A stretch of 36,377 nt of DNA from a virus (lineage: Duplodnaviria > Heunggongvirae > Uroviricota > Caudoviricetes), in the IMG/VR virus record IMGVR_UViG_2917398303_000003; one strand, 5' to 3'. Shown here piece after piece: positions 8,996-18,154 of this stretch. The notes under the pieces were generated by a model. It saw only the letters and a program-made list of their open reading frames with translations. It made no database searches and had not been told where the DNA came from. Each line of letters starts with the position of its first letter. Within the stretch, counting starts at the first letter, position 1. The position numbers were made by a program, and so were the translations under genes.

Positions 8996-9066
8996 CGCGC
9001 GCTTGTGTTGGCCTCATACAGTGAATTGTAAATTAGTTTTACATATGTTATATAAAAGTTACGTTT

Positions 9067-10638
9067 ATGAAAATTGGAAATTTCGCTGTGAAATTGAAGG
9101 ATATTTTTTTAGGTAGTACTGATGCAAAAAATGAGTTATTGGTAAACAGCCCTGAAGAAGTGGAACGTTTTAAAAAACTTTATGTTGTTCCACCTGCGCT
9201 ACTCATTGAAAAATATTATTCAAATGATAAGTATTTTATCTCTGGTTTAAAGGGAACAGGGAAAACAGCTTTACTGCGTTATATTGCCCTGAAGTTAGAT
9301 GAGTCTGATAAAATCCACTCAAAATTCATTCTGTTCAAATCAGAAGTTGATGAGGAATCAAGGAAAGAATTATCTAGGGCATCAAGGCTTGGTATTGAGG
9401 AGGTTTTAGAAAATAGTGCTGATTACGATATATCAGATTATGAGGCTGTTTGGCGATGGTTTATATATAAAGCTATATCTAAAATGATAATTGAAAACGA
9501 TTTGGATGTTTTTCAAAATACTCCTTCTCTTGCAAATTTTCATGCGATAGTAAGCTCGGAAGTAGCTATTAAAAACAGAACAGGAATTATGCGGTTGATT
9601 CCTACTATAAAAAAAGGAAATATAGAAATAAGTAAATCTCCCAAGCTTAACCTTGATTTAAACTGGGGGCAGGATGGCGTGGCAAAAGTTGGTTTCTCTA
9701 AATTGGTCAAAAGTATTGATGCTATTTTTGATGAGTTAGTCCCGTCAACAGCAAGATTGAACATATTTTTTGATGAGTTGGAATTAAATTATTCAACTAA
9801 CAAACAATATCAACGTGATTCTCTTCTTATAAGAGATTTGATAGTCGTAATTGAAAAAATTAATGCTTTAGCAAAACGAAAAGGTTTTAAAATTTGCCTT
9901 TATGCTGCTATTCGCTCAGAGGTTATGAATTCAGTGGTTGCTTTAGGAAAAGAAATTAACAAACCATTGACGGATTTTGGTACGGATATATTTTGGAATA
10001 GACCTGGTGTTACTTCTGCACAACAACCACTGCTTCATATCGTTGAGCAAAGAATTAATAATGCTAGAATTGAAAAAGGTTTAACTCCATTAGATGGAGC
10101 AAGTTTATGGAAAGAGTACTTTCCAGATATAATACATAATAAGATACCTCAGACTTATCTTTTACATAATTCATGGTATAGGCCTAGAGATATAGTTAGG
10201 TTATTATTATCTGCTCAAGAAAGTTATCCAGAAGAAACAAAGTTTTCTACGCAATCATTGGAAGCAATACGCAAAAGATATTCTCAATTATCTTGGGTTG
10301 AATTGTCTGAGGAGTTGAAGGCTAAATATAAATCTTCAGAGATTGAAGCAATCAAAACTATTTTTTATGGATATAAGCAAATATCAACTCTTAATGAGTT
10401 TACTCAACATTGTGATGAGTTAAAAGAGTTTTATCCAGAAGTTGTTGACTTGCTGAGAAATCATTCGACTATGGCTTTGCTTAAAGATTTATTCAGAATT
10501 GGCGTAATTGGTAATTTCGATAAGCCGGCTCAAACTGAAAAAGGTAAGATGCGGTGGTCATTTAGGGGGGATGAAAGTATTCTTCCAAATCAGAAAATTT
10601 ATGTGCATAATGCACTGATTGCCTATTTTTCAATCTAG
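9067..10638 (+). CDS. Uncharacterised P-loop NTPase (523 aa); candidate single-gene anti-phage defence protein
   Basis: ORF track. Walker A GLKGTGKT at 9244..9267. Two hhhhDE Walker-B-like motifs (AIFDELV and IFFDELEL) around 9730..9780. An arginine-containing YRPRDIVRLL segment follows. No SD; a possible sigma70 promoter (TTGTAA at 9027..9032, TATAAA at 9051..9056) would make the mRNA nearly leaderless. The gene is AT-rich by eye. Confidence 0.8.
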   Translation: MKIGNFAVKLKDIFLGSTDAKNELLVNSPEEVERFKKLYVVPPALLIEKYYSNDKYFISGLKGTGKTALLRYIALKLDESDKIHSKFILFKSEVDEESRKELSRASRLGIEEVLENSADYDISDYEAVWRWFIYKAISKMIIENDLDVFQNTPSLANFHAIVSSEVAIKNRTGIMRLIPTIKKGNIEISKSPKLNLDLNWGQDGVAKVGFSKLVKSIDAIFDELVPSTARLNIFFDELELNYSTNKQYQRDSLLIRDLIVVIEKINALAKRKGFKICLYAAIRSEVMNSVVALGKEINKPLTDFGTDIFWNRPGVTSAQQPLLHIVEQRINNARIEKGLTPLDGASLWKEYFPDIIHNKIPQTYLLHNSWYRPRDIVRLLLSAQESYPEETKFSTQSLEAIRKRYSQLSWVELSEELKAKYKSSEIEAIKTIFYGYKQISTLNEFTQHCDELKEFYPEVVDLLRNHSTMALLKDLFRIGVIGNFDKPAQTEKGKMRWSFRGDESILPNQKIYVHNALIAYFSI

Positions 10639-10644
10639 AGTGAC

Positions 10645-10668
10645 GCGGTGCATTAAAAAATGCACCGC
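10645..10668. terminator. Perfect 10-bp inverted repeat (gcggtgcatt / aatgcaccgc, 4-nt loop) between convergent genes; possible bidirectional terminator
   Basis: Read directly. It starts 7 nt after the TAG stop of the 523-aa gene. There is no clear U-tract on either side. Confidence 0.35.
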
Positions 10669-10748
10669 ATTGAATATAGATAATGTAATTAATTAAAACA
10701 TGTTAATAATTATTGTGAGTTGTCGTGTAATATGTTTTTACTTTCGGT

Positions 10749-11783
10749 TTATGCGTCTAAATTATATTCTTTAAATTTTACGATTACGGTATTAGCCCAA
10801 TTGTTTAATTCTTCCAGTCGTTTTTGCAAAGGTATTAATTCATTTCGCACAAATACATTACTCGCCTTCTCCACATCTCCAAACCCCCCAACATTATTCG
10901 GCATAATCCCCATCATTTGCGGCGGCACGCGGTGCGCTGCCATCATGTCATCCCGACTCACGTTCTTGATGTTAAGAAATTCATCCTTCGCCGCGACTTC
11001 TGACAATGGGATGATCTGAAGCCCGTCTTTTTTGCCGTTAGGTGAGTACATAAACAGGTTGCGGAAGTTGCCAGGGCCTTTGGCGCTTTTCATCGCATTG
11101 CGGAGGTTGTTCACATCCTCCTGGTTCTGCGCGGCATCGGTCATGTACATGATGAAGCCTGCATGACTGCCGTTAATGTAATACTTGCGGCGGAACAGCG
11201 TGGCGGACTCGTTGAGCAGGGCGGACGGAATGGCAGAAAGATAACCGGGCAGGCCGTAGATCTCCTGGTTGATGTCCGGTTCCATCAGATGAAAGATGCT
11301 GCCTTTCGTGAACTGATACGGCTGGGTTGTCATACCGTATTGCACAAACCAGTAGGTATCCAGGTCTAACCCGCGTCGGGTGTATTTTGCCAGAGCAGGC
11401 TCAAGGGCGATAACTTCACCGAAGCGGTTCGTTCGTTTCTCCAGGTAGGCGTTACCAAATACCAGATAGTCCTGCACAAAACGTGAAAAAGCCTGCTGGC
11501 TGAGCAGCGGGTGAGGGATGTAGGTACTGGTCAGAATGTTGCATTTCACCGCAATTGGTGAACTGTGATGCACGGCAGCGCGGAAGGTGCGCGCCAGTCC
11601 GTCAAAGCTTACTGGCGGCTCATACCAGCGATCTGTCTGTACGCATTCCACATAGTCCAGCAGTTCGCGGCGGTCCAGAACAGGAACGGGATCGCCGAAG
11701 CTGAATGCTTCGGCTGTAGTTTGACTTTTAAGCTGGATCTGTTTCGTCGCCGCAGCTCGGTTTTTCTTACTCTTTCCCATCAA
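10749..11783 (-). CDS. Q: Portal protein (P2 gpQ homolog)
   Basis: ORF track (344 aa, the P2 gpQ length as I recall it). Overlaps the start of P. Same P-Q leftward operon as in P2. Confidence 0.9.
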   Translation of the reverse strand: MMGKSKKNRAAATKQIQLKSQTTAEAFSFGDPVPVLDRRELLDYVECVQTDRWYEPPVSFDGLARTFRAAVHHSSPIAVKCNILTSTYIPHPLLSQQAFSRFVQDYLVFGNAYLEKRTNRFGEVIALEPALAKYTRRGLDLDTYWFVQYGMTTQPYQFTKGSIFHLMEPDINQEIYGLPGYLSAIPSALLNESATLFRRKYYINGSHAGFIMYMTDAAQNQEDVNNLRNAMKSAKGPGNFRNLFMYSPNGKKDGLQIIPLSEVAAKDEFLNIKNVSRDDMMAAHRVPPQMMGIMPNNVGGFGDVEKASNVFVRNELIPLQKRLEELNNWANTVIVKFKEYNLDA

Positions 11784-13546
11784 AAAATCTCCACAATATT
11801 GCTGGTATTGGCGGATTCGCCCTGCAGCGGTTCGTTAAACAGTGCGTGCATCGTTGCCCATGCCAGATCGGCGTGGCTGGCTTCTTCGCTGCGGCTGGCT
11901 TCATAGGTCGGGCGGTTGCCGCTGGCGGTGGTGGCGCGACGGATTGCCATAAATGACTGCGCAATGTCGGTATGCCCGGCGTCAAACTCCAGACGGCGGT
12001 GGCTGATAATGTCGTAGGCCTTGAGTACCAGGGCGTTTTTAACGTTGGGGTTGTAGACAAACTCCCGGACGGCAGGAAAGAACGCTTTCACGTTCTCGTA
12101 AACCCCGTGACCAACGCCGGTTGAGTCGATGCCGATATAGGTCACGTTGTACTGCTCGGTCAGTTTTTTGATGGCGTCAGCCTGGGCGCGGAAGTCCATC
12201 CCGCGCCACTGGTGACGCTCAAGAATGCGAAACTTACCGCCCGGCACGGCTGGCGGTGCCACCACCACGCATCCGGCACTGTCGCCGTTCTGCGTACCTT
12301 TTGCCGGGTCATAACCGATCCACACTTCGCGCCAGCCAAACGGGCGCAGGGCCAGAGCATGAAAGTCGGTCCAGACTTCCCAACTGTCCACCATGCACGC
12401 CTGCAGCTCGCTGAGCGGAAACACGGACGCGAGATCGTCCACAAACTCGCACATCAGCAGGTTCTGGTATTCGTCCGGGCTGTACTCCATGCGCAACTGG
12501 TCAAGGTCGAACAGGTTACAGCCGCCGCGCACCGCATCTTCCACGGTGACTATCTGGCGGTATTGCCCGTCTGCGCACAGCAGGCCGGGGGCCAGATTGC
12601 TGTGGGACAGGTCGATGTCCACCTTGTCGGCCTTGTTGCGCCCACGGTTGAATAGCGCACCGGACCAGAACGGATAAGCACTGTGTGTCAGGCTGGATGG
12701 CGTGGAAAAATAGGTTTGTCGCCATTTTTTGTGAATAGCCATACCGGAAGCCACTTTGCGCAGCTCCTGGAATTTCGGTATCCAGAAATATTCATCCAGA
12801 TACAGGTTGCCGTGGTAACTCTGGGCCGTGCGGGCATTGGTGCCGAGGAAATACAGTGTGGCCCCGTTGGGAAGCACCATCGGATCGCCTTTCAGCTCCA
12901 CTTCCACTTCTTTGGCGAAGTCGATGATGTACTGCTTAAAGACGTGGGCCTGTGCCTTGCTGGCGGAAAGGAAAATCTGGTTACGTCCGGTAAGCAGAGC
13001 GTCAATCAGGGCTTCACGGGCAAAGTAAAAGGTCGCGCCGATCTGGCGTGACTTCAGCAGGTTGCGGATGCGGTTGGTTTTTCCGGCTTCCCACCAGTGG
13101 CGCTGGTAGTTGAACATGGAGGAATGGAAGATTTCTTCCAGCTTCTCAATCTGCTCATCGGTGAAAACATTCTTTTCCGGCTGACGGCGCGGGCCTTTGT
13201 TGCGGTTGGCGACGTTAGGGTTTAAGTCGGCTTCGTTGCCGCCATTGTTAAACTTGCCGATCCGCGCGTGGCGTTCCGACTGGCGCGCCAGCAGGTCAAT
13301 CTCTTTGAAATCTTTCCCTTCTTTGTGCTCCTTCATAATGAGCTGGCAGTAGCGTGCGGCGGTGGTGAGCTGCATCTGATCCAGCGGCCCATAGTCACCC
13401 CACTTGTCGCGTTTCTTCCAGCTGTGAACGGTTGCAACTTTCTCGCCCAGCATTTCAGCAATGCGGGCTACACGGTATCCCTGAAAGTACAGCAGCATGG
13501 CCTGCCGACGGGGATCGAGATCTGCGGGTGTCAGTGTGGTGTTCAT
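11780..13546 (-). CDS. P: Terminase large subunit, ATPase (P2 gpP homolog)
   Basis: ORF track (588 aa). N-terminus MNTTLTPADLDPRRQAMLLYFQGYRVARIAEMLGEK resembles P2 gpP as I recall it. Divergent from O. Confidence 0.9.
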   Translation of the reverse strand: MNTTLTPADLDPRRQAMLLYFQGYRVARIAEMLGEKVATVHSWKKRDKWGDYGPLDQMQLTTAARYCQLIMKEHKEGKDFKEIDLLARQSERHARIGKFNNGGNEADLNPNVANRNKGPRRQPEKNVFTDEQIEKLEEIFHSSMFNYQRHWWEAGKTNRIRNLLKSRQIGATFYFAREALIDALLTGRNQIFLSASKAQAHVFKQYIIDFAKEVEVELKGDPMVLPNGATLYFLGTNARTAQSYHGNLYLDEYFWIPKFQELRKVASGMAIHKKWRQTYFSTPSSLTHSAYPFWSGALFNRGRNKADKVDIDLSHSNLAPGLLCADGQYRQIVTVEDAVRGGCNLFDLDQLRMEYSPDEYQNLLMCEFVDDLASVFPLSELQACMVDSWEVWTDFHALALRPFGWREVWIGYDPAKGTQNGDSAGCVVVAPPAVPGGKFRILERHQWRGMDFRAQADAIKKLTEQYNVTYIGIDSTGVGHGVYENVKAFFPAVREFVYNPNVKNALVLKAYDIISHRRLEFDAGHTDIAQSFMAIRRATTASGNRPTYEASRSEEASHADLAWATMHALFNEPLQGESANTSNIVEIF

Positions 13547-13592
13547 GGCACAAACCTACAGCCTTGAATGAAGGCTTTCCCCGCCTGCGGTT

Positions 13593-13610
13593 TGTGTGGT
13601 AGTCGGTACA
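13593..13610. promoter_or_regulatory. TGT-N12-ACA dyad (Ogr/B-type late-promoter activator site) in the P/O divergent intergenic region
   Basis: tgtgtggtagtcggtaca. Dyad centre is ~87 nt upstream of the O start codon. P2 late promoters carry such a dyad near -55. Confidence 0.45.
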
Positions 13611-13688
13611 AATACCGCGCATTGTTTCACTGCCCCCATCACCGCAACCATAAGGCTCCAGTAAGTTTTTTCTAACGGAGCACGGCTC

Positions 13689-14522
13689 ATGACAGTGAAA
13701 GCAAAGCGTTTTCGCATCGGGGTGGAAGGTGCCACCACCGACGGACGCGAAATCCAGCGTGAATGGCTGGAACAGATGGCAGCCAGCTACAACCCGGCGG
13801 TGTACACCGCGCTGATTAACCTTGAGCACATCAAGTCTTATCTGCCGGACAGCACCTTTAACCGCTACGGCAAGGTGACGGCGCTGTTTGCTGAAGAAAT
13901 CACGGAAGGCCCGCTGGCGGGCAAGATGGCACTGTATGCCGACGTTGAGCCAACGGAGTCCCTGGTGGAACTGGTGAAAAAAGGCCAGAAATTATTCACC
14001 TCTATGGAAGTCAGCCCGAAGTTTGCTGATACGGGCAAAGCCTACCTGGTCGGCCTGGCTGCCACTGATGACCCTGCCAGTCTGGGCACTGAAATGCTGA
14101 CATTCAGCGCCAGTGCGGCCCATAACCCGCTGGCAAACCGCAAGCAGAATCCTGCCAATCTCTTTACCGCTGCAGAGGAAACGGTGATCGAACTGGAAGA
14201 AATCCAGGAGGACAAACCGTCCCTGTTTGCCCGTGTCACGGCGCTGTTCACCAAAAAAGAGCAGTCCGATGACGCCCGATTCTCTGATGTGCATAAGGCC
14301 GTGGAGCTGGTCGCCACTGAGCAGCAGAACCTGAGCGCACGCACCGAAAAATCCCTGTCTGAGCAGGAAGAACGCCTGTCTGAGCTGGAGATTGCTCTGC
14401 AGGCACAGCAGACCGCCTTTAACGAACTGGTGGACAAGCTGAGCCATGAAGACAGCCGCCAGGACTACCGCCAGCGTGCAACAGGCGGTAACGCCCCCGC
14501 TGACACTCTGACCAATTGCTGA
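13689..14522 (+). CDS. O: Capsid scaffolding protein (P2 gpO homolog)
   Basis: ORF track (277 aa). GGAG RBS. First gene of the rightward head operon. Acidic coiled-coil-like C-terminal half. Confidence 0.85.
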   Translation: MTVKAKRFRIGVEGATTDGREIQREWLEQMAASYNPAVYTALINLEHIKSYLPDSTFNRYGKVTALFAEEITEGPLAGKMALYADVEPTESLVELVKKGQKLFTSMEVSPKFADTGKAYLVGLAATDDPASLGTEMLTFSASAAHNPLANRKQNPANLFTAAEETVIELEEIQEDKPSLFARVTALFTKKEQSDDARFSDVHKAVELVATEQQNLSARTEKSLSEQEERLSELEIALQAQQTAFNELVDKLSHEDSRQDYRQRATGGNAPADTLTNC

Positions 14523-14538
14523 TGGAGCACAAAACCTG

Positions 14539-15597
14539 ATGAAGAAGAATACCCGCTTTGCTTTTAACGCTTACCTGCAGCAGCTGGCGCGTCTGAACGG
14601 TGTGGCAGTTGAAGAACTGTCCAGCAAGTTCACCGTGGAGCCGTCTGTACAGCAGACGCTGGAAGACCAGATCCAGCAGTCCGCCGCTTTCCTGACGCTG
14701 ATTAACGTCACGCCAGTGACTGAGCAGTCCGGTCAGCTGCTGGGGTTGGGTGTTGGTAGCACCATTGCCGGAACCACTGACACCACCGCGAAAGAGCGTG
14801 AACCTGTCGATCCTACGCTGATGGTCGATGTGGAATACAAATGCGAGCAGACCAACTTTGACACGGTACTGACCTACGCGAAGCTGGACCTGTGGGCGAA
14901 GTTTCAGGATTTCCAGGTGCGTATCCGTGACGCCATCGTGAAACGTCAGGCACTGGACCGCATCATGATCGGCTTTAACGGCGTGAAGCGTGCGAAAACC
15001 TCCAACCGTAGCGAAAACCCGCTGCTGCAGGATGTGAACAAAGGCTGGTTGCAGAAAATCCGTGAGGATGCACCGGATCACGTCATGGGCAGCACCACCA
15101 CGGGCGGTGAAACCACACCGGGTGCGGTGAAAGTCGGGAAAGGGGGCGAATATGCCAACTTGGACGCCGTAGTGATGGATGCCGTCAGTGAGCTTATCGA
15201 CGTTGTCTACCAGGACGATGACGATCTGGTGGTGATTTGCGGGCGTGAACTGCTGTCTGACAAGTATTTCCCGCTGGTCAACAAAGAGCAGGAAAACAGT
15301 GAAAAACTGGCTGCCGATATGATCATCAGTCAGAAACGCATGGGTGGCCTGCAGGCGGTGCGTGCGCCTTTCTTCCCGCCGAATGCGCTGCTGATCACCC
15401 GTCTGGATAACCTGTCCATCTACTGGCAGGAAGATACCCGCCGCCGTTCAGTTATCGACAACCCGAAACGTGACCGGATTGAAAATTTTGAATCCGTTAA
15501 CGAAGCCTACGTGGTTGAGGACTACCGCTGCGCCGCACTGGTGGAAAACATCCAGATTGGCGACTTCAGCGCCGCCGCAGCAGAAGCCGGAGCGTAA
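14539..15597 (+). CDS. N: Major capsid protein (P2 gpN homolog)
   Basis: ORF track (352 aa). Position and size as in P2. Confidence 0.9.
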   Translation: MKKNTRFAFNAYLQQLARLNGVAVEELSSKFTVEPSVQQTLEDQIQQSAAFLTLINVTPVTEQSGQLLGLGVGSTIAGTTDTTAKEREPVDPTLMVDVEYKCEQTNFDTVLTYAKLDLWAKFQDFQVRIRDAIVKRQALDRIMIGFNGVKRAKTSNRSENPLLQDVNKGWLQKIREDAPDHVMGSTTTGGETTPGAVKVGKGGEYANLDAVVMDAVSELIDVVYQDDDDLVVICGRELLSDKYFPLVNKEQENSEKLAADMIISQKRMGGLQAVRAPFFPPNALLITRLDNLSIYWQEDTRRRSVIDNPKRDRIENFESVNEAYVVEDYRCAALVENIQIGDFSAAAAEAGA

Positions 15598-15600
15598 CCC

Positions 15601-16251
15601 ATGAGCCTGAGTCCCGCACGGCAGCATCGCCTGCGCGTTCAGGCTGAACAGGCCGCCCGTGAGGGCGGCAGCGTTCGCCACGCGTCGGGCTATGACCTGA
15701 TGCTGCTGCAACTGGCAGAAGACCGCCGCCGTCTCAAGGGCGTTCAGTCCACGGTCAAAAAAGCGGAAATCAAAGTGGAGCTGCTGCCGAAGTACGCCGC
15801 CTGGGCGGAGGGTGTCCTGGCTGCCGGAGGCGCTCAACAGGATGACGTGCTGATGTACGTGATGCTGTGGCGCATTGATGCCGGAGATTATGCCGGGGCG
15901 CTGGAGATCGGGCGTCATGCCCTGCGTCATGGCTGGGTGATGCCGCTGGGTAATCGCAATGTGCAGACCGTGCTGGCAGAGGAAATGGCAGACGCTGCGC
16001 AGAGCGCAATGCTTGCTGCCACCGGCTTTGATGTCGATCTGTTGCTGCAGACGCTGGAGCTGACAGACGGTCTGGATATGCCGGACCAGTCACGGGCGCG
16101 TCTGCATAAAGCGATTGGCGCTGTCCTGAGTGAAAGCAATCCGGCTTCCGCCCTTAATCATCTCAACCATGCGTTACAGCTCGATCCCCGCTGTGGCGTG
16201 AAAAAAGACAAACAGCAGCTGGAGCGCAGACTGCGCAATGACAGCCGCTGA
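15601..16251 (+). CDS. M: Terminase small (endonuclease) subunit (P2 gpM homolog)
   Basis: ORF track (216 aa). Position after N as in P2. Confidence 0.8.
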   Translation: MSLSPARQHRLRVQAEQAAREGGSVRHASGYDLMLLQLAEDRRRLKGVQSTVKKAEIKVELLPKYAAWAEGVLAAGGAQQDDVLMYVMLWRIDAGDYAGALEIGRHALRHGWVMPLGNRNVQTVLAEEMADAAQSAMLAATGFDVDLLLQTLELTDGLDMPDQSRARLHKAIGAVLSESNPASALNHLNHALQLDPRCGVKKDKQQLERRLRNDSR

Positions 16252-16346
16252 CAGAACGTGCCCCCGCGCACGGGCGGCACGGGGTGGCGAAAGGCGCTGC
16301 CACATCAAAACCCCGTCCACCGCCCTCTATTTCAGGAGAAAGCAGC

Positions 16347-16811
16347 ATGAAGTTTGTTGCGCCAGAACAGGCACCGGAACAGGCGGAAATCATCAGAAAT
16401 ACGCCGTTCTGGCCTGATGTGGACCTGTCGGAGTTTCGCAGTGTCATGCGCACTGACGGCACGGTGACGCAGCCGCGTTTAAAGCAGGTTGCGCTGTCGG
16501 CAATTTCGGAGGTTAACGCAGAGCTGTATGAGTTTCGCAGACGCCAGCAGATGCTGGGGTATGCGTCGCTGGCTGAGGTTCCGGCGGAACAGCTGGACGG
16601 GAAAAGTGAGCGCATTCATCACTATTTCAACGCGGTTTACTGCTGGGCACGCGCCATGCTCAACGAACGTTACCAGGACTATGACGCCACGGCATCCGGT
16701 GTGAAGCGAGGCGAGGAACTGGCGGAAGCCAGCGGTGATTTGTGGCGTGACGCCCGCTGGGCCATCAGCCGGGTGCAGGACGCGCCGCACTGCACAGTGG
16801 AGCTTATCTGA
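16347..16811 (+). CDS. L: Head completion/stabilisation protein (P2 gpL homolog)
   Basis: ORF track 16284..16811. ATG at 16347 has an AGGAG RBS. Stop overlaps the X start. Confidence 0.8.
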   Translation: MKFVAPEQAPEQAEIIRNTPFWPDVDLSEFRSVMRTDGTVTQPRLKQVALSAISEVNAELYEFRRRQQMLGYASLAEVPAEQLDGKSERIHHYFNAVYCWARAMLNERYQDYDATASGVKRGEELAEASGDLWRDARWAISRVQDAPHCTVELI

Positions 16812-17014
16812 TGAAAGTGCGAGCGCATCAGTATGACACGGTGGATGCACTTTGCTGGCGTCATTACGGGCGCACGCAGGGTGTCACGGAGCAGGTACTG
16901 AAGGCAAATCCGGGGCTTGCCGAATACGGCCCCTTTTTACCTCACGGACTGCAGGTGGAGCTGCCGGACATTCCGACAACCACCACCGTGCAGACCGTCC
17001 AGCTATGGGACTGA
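16811..17014 (+). CDS. X: Tail protein X (P2 gpX homolog)
   Basis: ORF track (67 aa, the P2 gpX size). Position before the lysis cassette. Confidence 0.75.
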   Translation: MKVRAHQYDTVDALCWRHYGRTQGVTEQVLKANPGLAEYGPFLPHGLQVELPDIPTTTTVQTVQLWD

Positions 17015-17017
17015 ATT

Positions 17018-17233
17018 ATGACGCTTGAGCGAATCAGCGCCTTTATCACGTACTGCATCGCCGTTGTGCTGGCCTGGCTGGGCGATTTGTCCATCAAGGA
17101 TGCCTCAACGCTGGGCGGCCTGATGATTGGTGTGCTGATGCTGGCTATCAACTGGTACTACAAACACAAAGCCTACCAGCTTCTGCGCGACGGGCAGATC
17201 TCGCGGGAGGACTATGAATCCATCAATCGTTAA
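17018..17233 (+). CDS. Holin, class II (two TM segments; pinholin-like, 71 aa)
   Basis: ORF track. Two hydrophobic stretches (ISAFITYCIAVVLAWLG and LGGLMIGVLMLAINWYY) and a charged C-terminus. Sits immediately upstream of the endolysin. Confidence 0.7.
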   Translation: MTLERISAFITYCIAVVLAWLGDLSIKDASTLGGLMIGVLMLAINWYYKHKAYQLLRDGQISREDYESINR

Positions 17234-17729
17234 ACGCTGTCTTGTCGGGGCCGTGCTGGCTATTGCTGCCACGCTGCCGGGTTTTCAGCAGCTTCACACC
17301 TCCGTGGAGGGGCTAAAACTGATTGCCGATTACGAAGGCTGTCGTCTGCAGCCGTATCAGTGCAGCGCGGGTGTCTGGACCGACGGCATTGGTAATACGT
17401 CGGGCGTCATTCCGGGCAAAACCATTACGGAACGACAGGCAGCGGAAGGGCTGATCTCTAACGTGCTGCGTGTGGAGCGGGCACTGGAAAGGTGTGTGAA
17501 GCAACAGCCGCCGCAGAAGGTGTATGACGCTACGGTGTCGTTTGCCTTCAACGTGGGGACGGGCAATGCATGTAGTTCCACGCTGGTGAAATTGCTCAAT
17601 CAGCGGCGCTGGGCGGATGCGTGCCGACAGTTGCCGCGCTGGGTTTATGTGAAAGGTGTTTTTAATCAGGGGCTGGATAACCGCCGTGCGCGGGAGATGG
17701 CCTGGTGCCTTAAAGGAGCTGGACTATGA
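17214..17729 (+). CDS. K: Endolysin, lysozyme family with N-terminal signal-anchor-like (SAR) segment
   Basis: ORF track (171 aa). Gly/Ala-rich hydrophobic N-terminus (CLVGAVLAIAATLPG), then EGLKLIADYEGCRLQPYQCSAGVWTDGIGNT, matching the E-8aa-D-5aa-T catalytic pattern of T4-type lysozymes. Confidence 0.8.
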   Translation: MNPSIVKRCLVGAVLAIAATLPGFQQLHTSVEGLKLIADYEGCRLQPYQCSAGVWTDGIGNTSGVIPGKTITERQAAEGLISNVLRVERALERCVKQQPPQKVYDATVSFAFNVGTGNACSSTLVKLLNQRRWADACRQLPRWVYVKGVFNQGLDNRRAREMAWCLKGAGL

Positions 17730-18154
17730 CGCGTGCACTGGCAGTAGTGGTGGCGCTGGCACTCGTTGCGCTGGGCTGGCAGTCGTGGCGGCTTAACAGT
17801 GCCAGCCACACCATCGAAACGCAGCGCGCGGCGCTGAAAAGTAAAGCGCAGGAACTGACGAAGAAAAACAGCCAGCTGATCGGTCTGTCCATTCTGGCTG
17901 AAACCAATAACCGGGAGCAGGCGCGGCTCTATGCCGAAGCAGAACAGACTAGCGCACTGCTGAGACAACGACAACGCCGGATCGAGGAACTGAAACGTGA
18001 GAACGAGGATTTACGCCGCTGGGCTGATACTCCTTTGCCTGCTGACATTATCCGGCTGCGGGAACGTCCGGTACTCACCGGAGGTGCAGCTTACCGTCAG
18101 TGGTTGTCCGCGAGTGACGCCGTGTCGGCTGGAGCAGGCAGCGCCGCGCACTAA
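17726..18154 (+). CDS. lysB: i-spanin (Rz-like; LysB position)
   Basis: ORF track (142 aa). N-terminal TM segment, then a charged coiled-coil-like periplasmic domain. Confidence 0.7.
   Translation: MTRALAVVVALALVALGWQSWRLNSASHTIETQRAALKSKAQELTKKNSQLIGLSILAETNNREQARLYAEAEQTSALLRQRQRRIEELKRENEDLRRWADTPLPADIIRLRERPVLTGGAAYRQWLSASDAVSAGAGSAAH

Noticed and set aside
10720-11019. 99-aa plus-strand ORF overlapping the 3' end of portal gene Q
   Set aside because: Antisense shadow ORF inside Q, with no start signals. The real intergenic feature here is the hairpin at 10645..10668.
12160-13051. Plus-strand ORFs (e.g. 12212..12655, 12683..13051) and a minus-frame ORF inside terminase gene P
   Set aside because: Shadow ORFs within a conserved 588-aa terminase gene. 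Arg/His-rich composition is typical of wrong-frame translation.
13992-16139. Minus-strand ORFs of 107-220 aa overlapping O, N and M
   Set aside because: Antisense to the syntenic head genes. No support beyond being open frames in GC-rich DNA.
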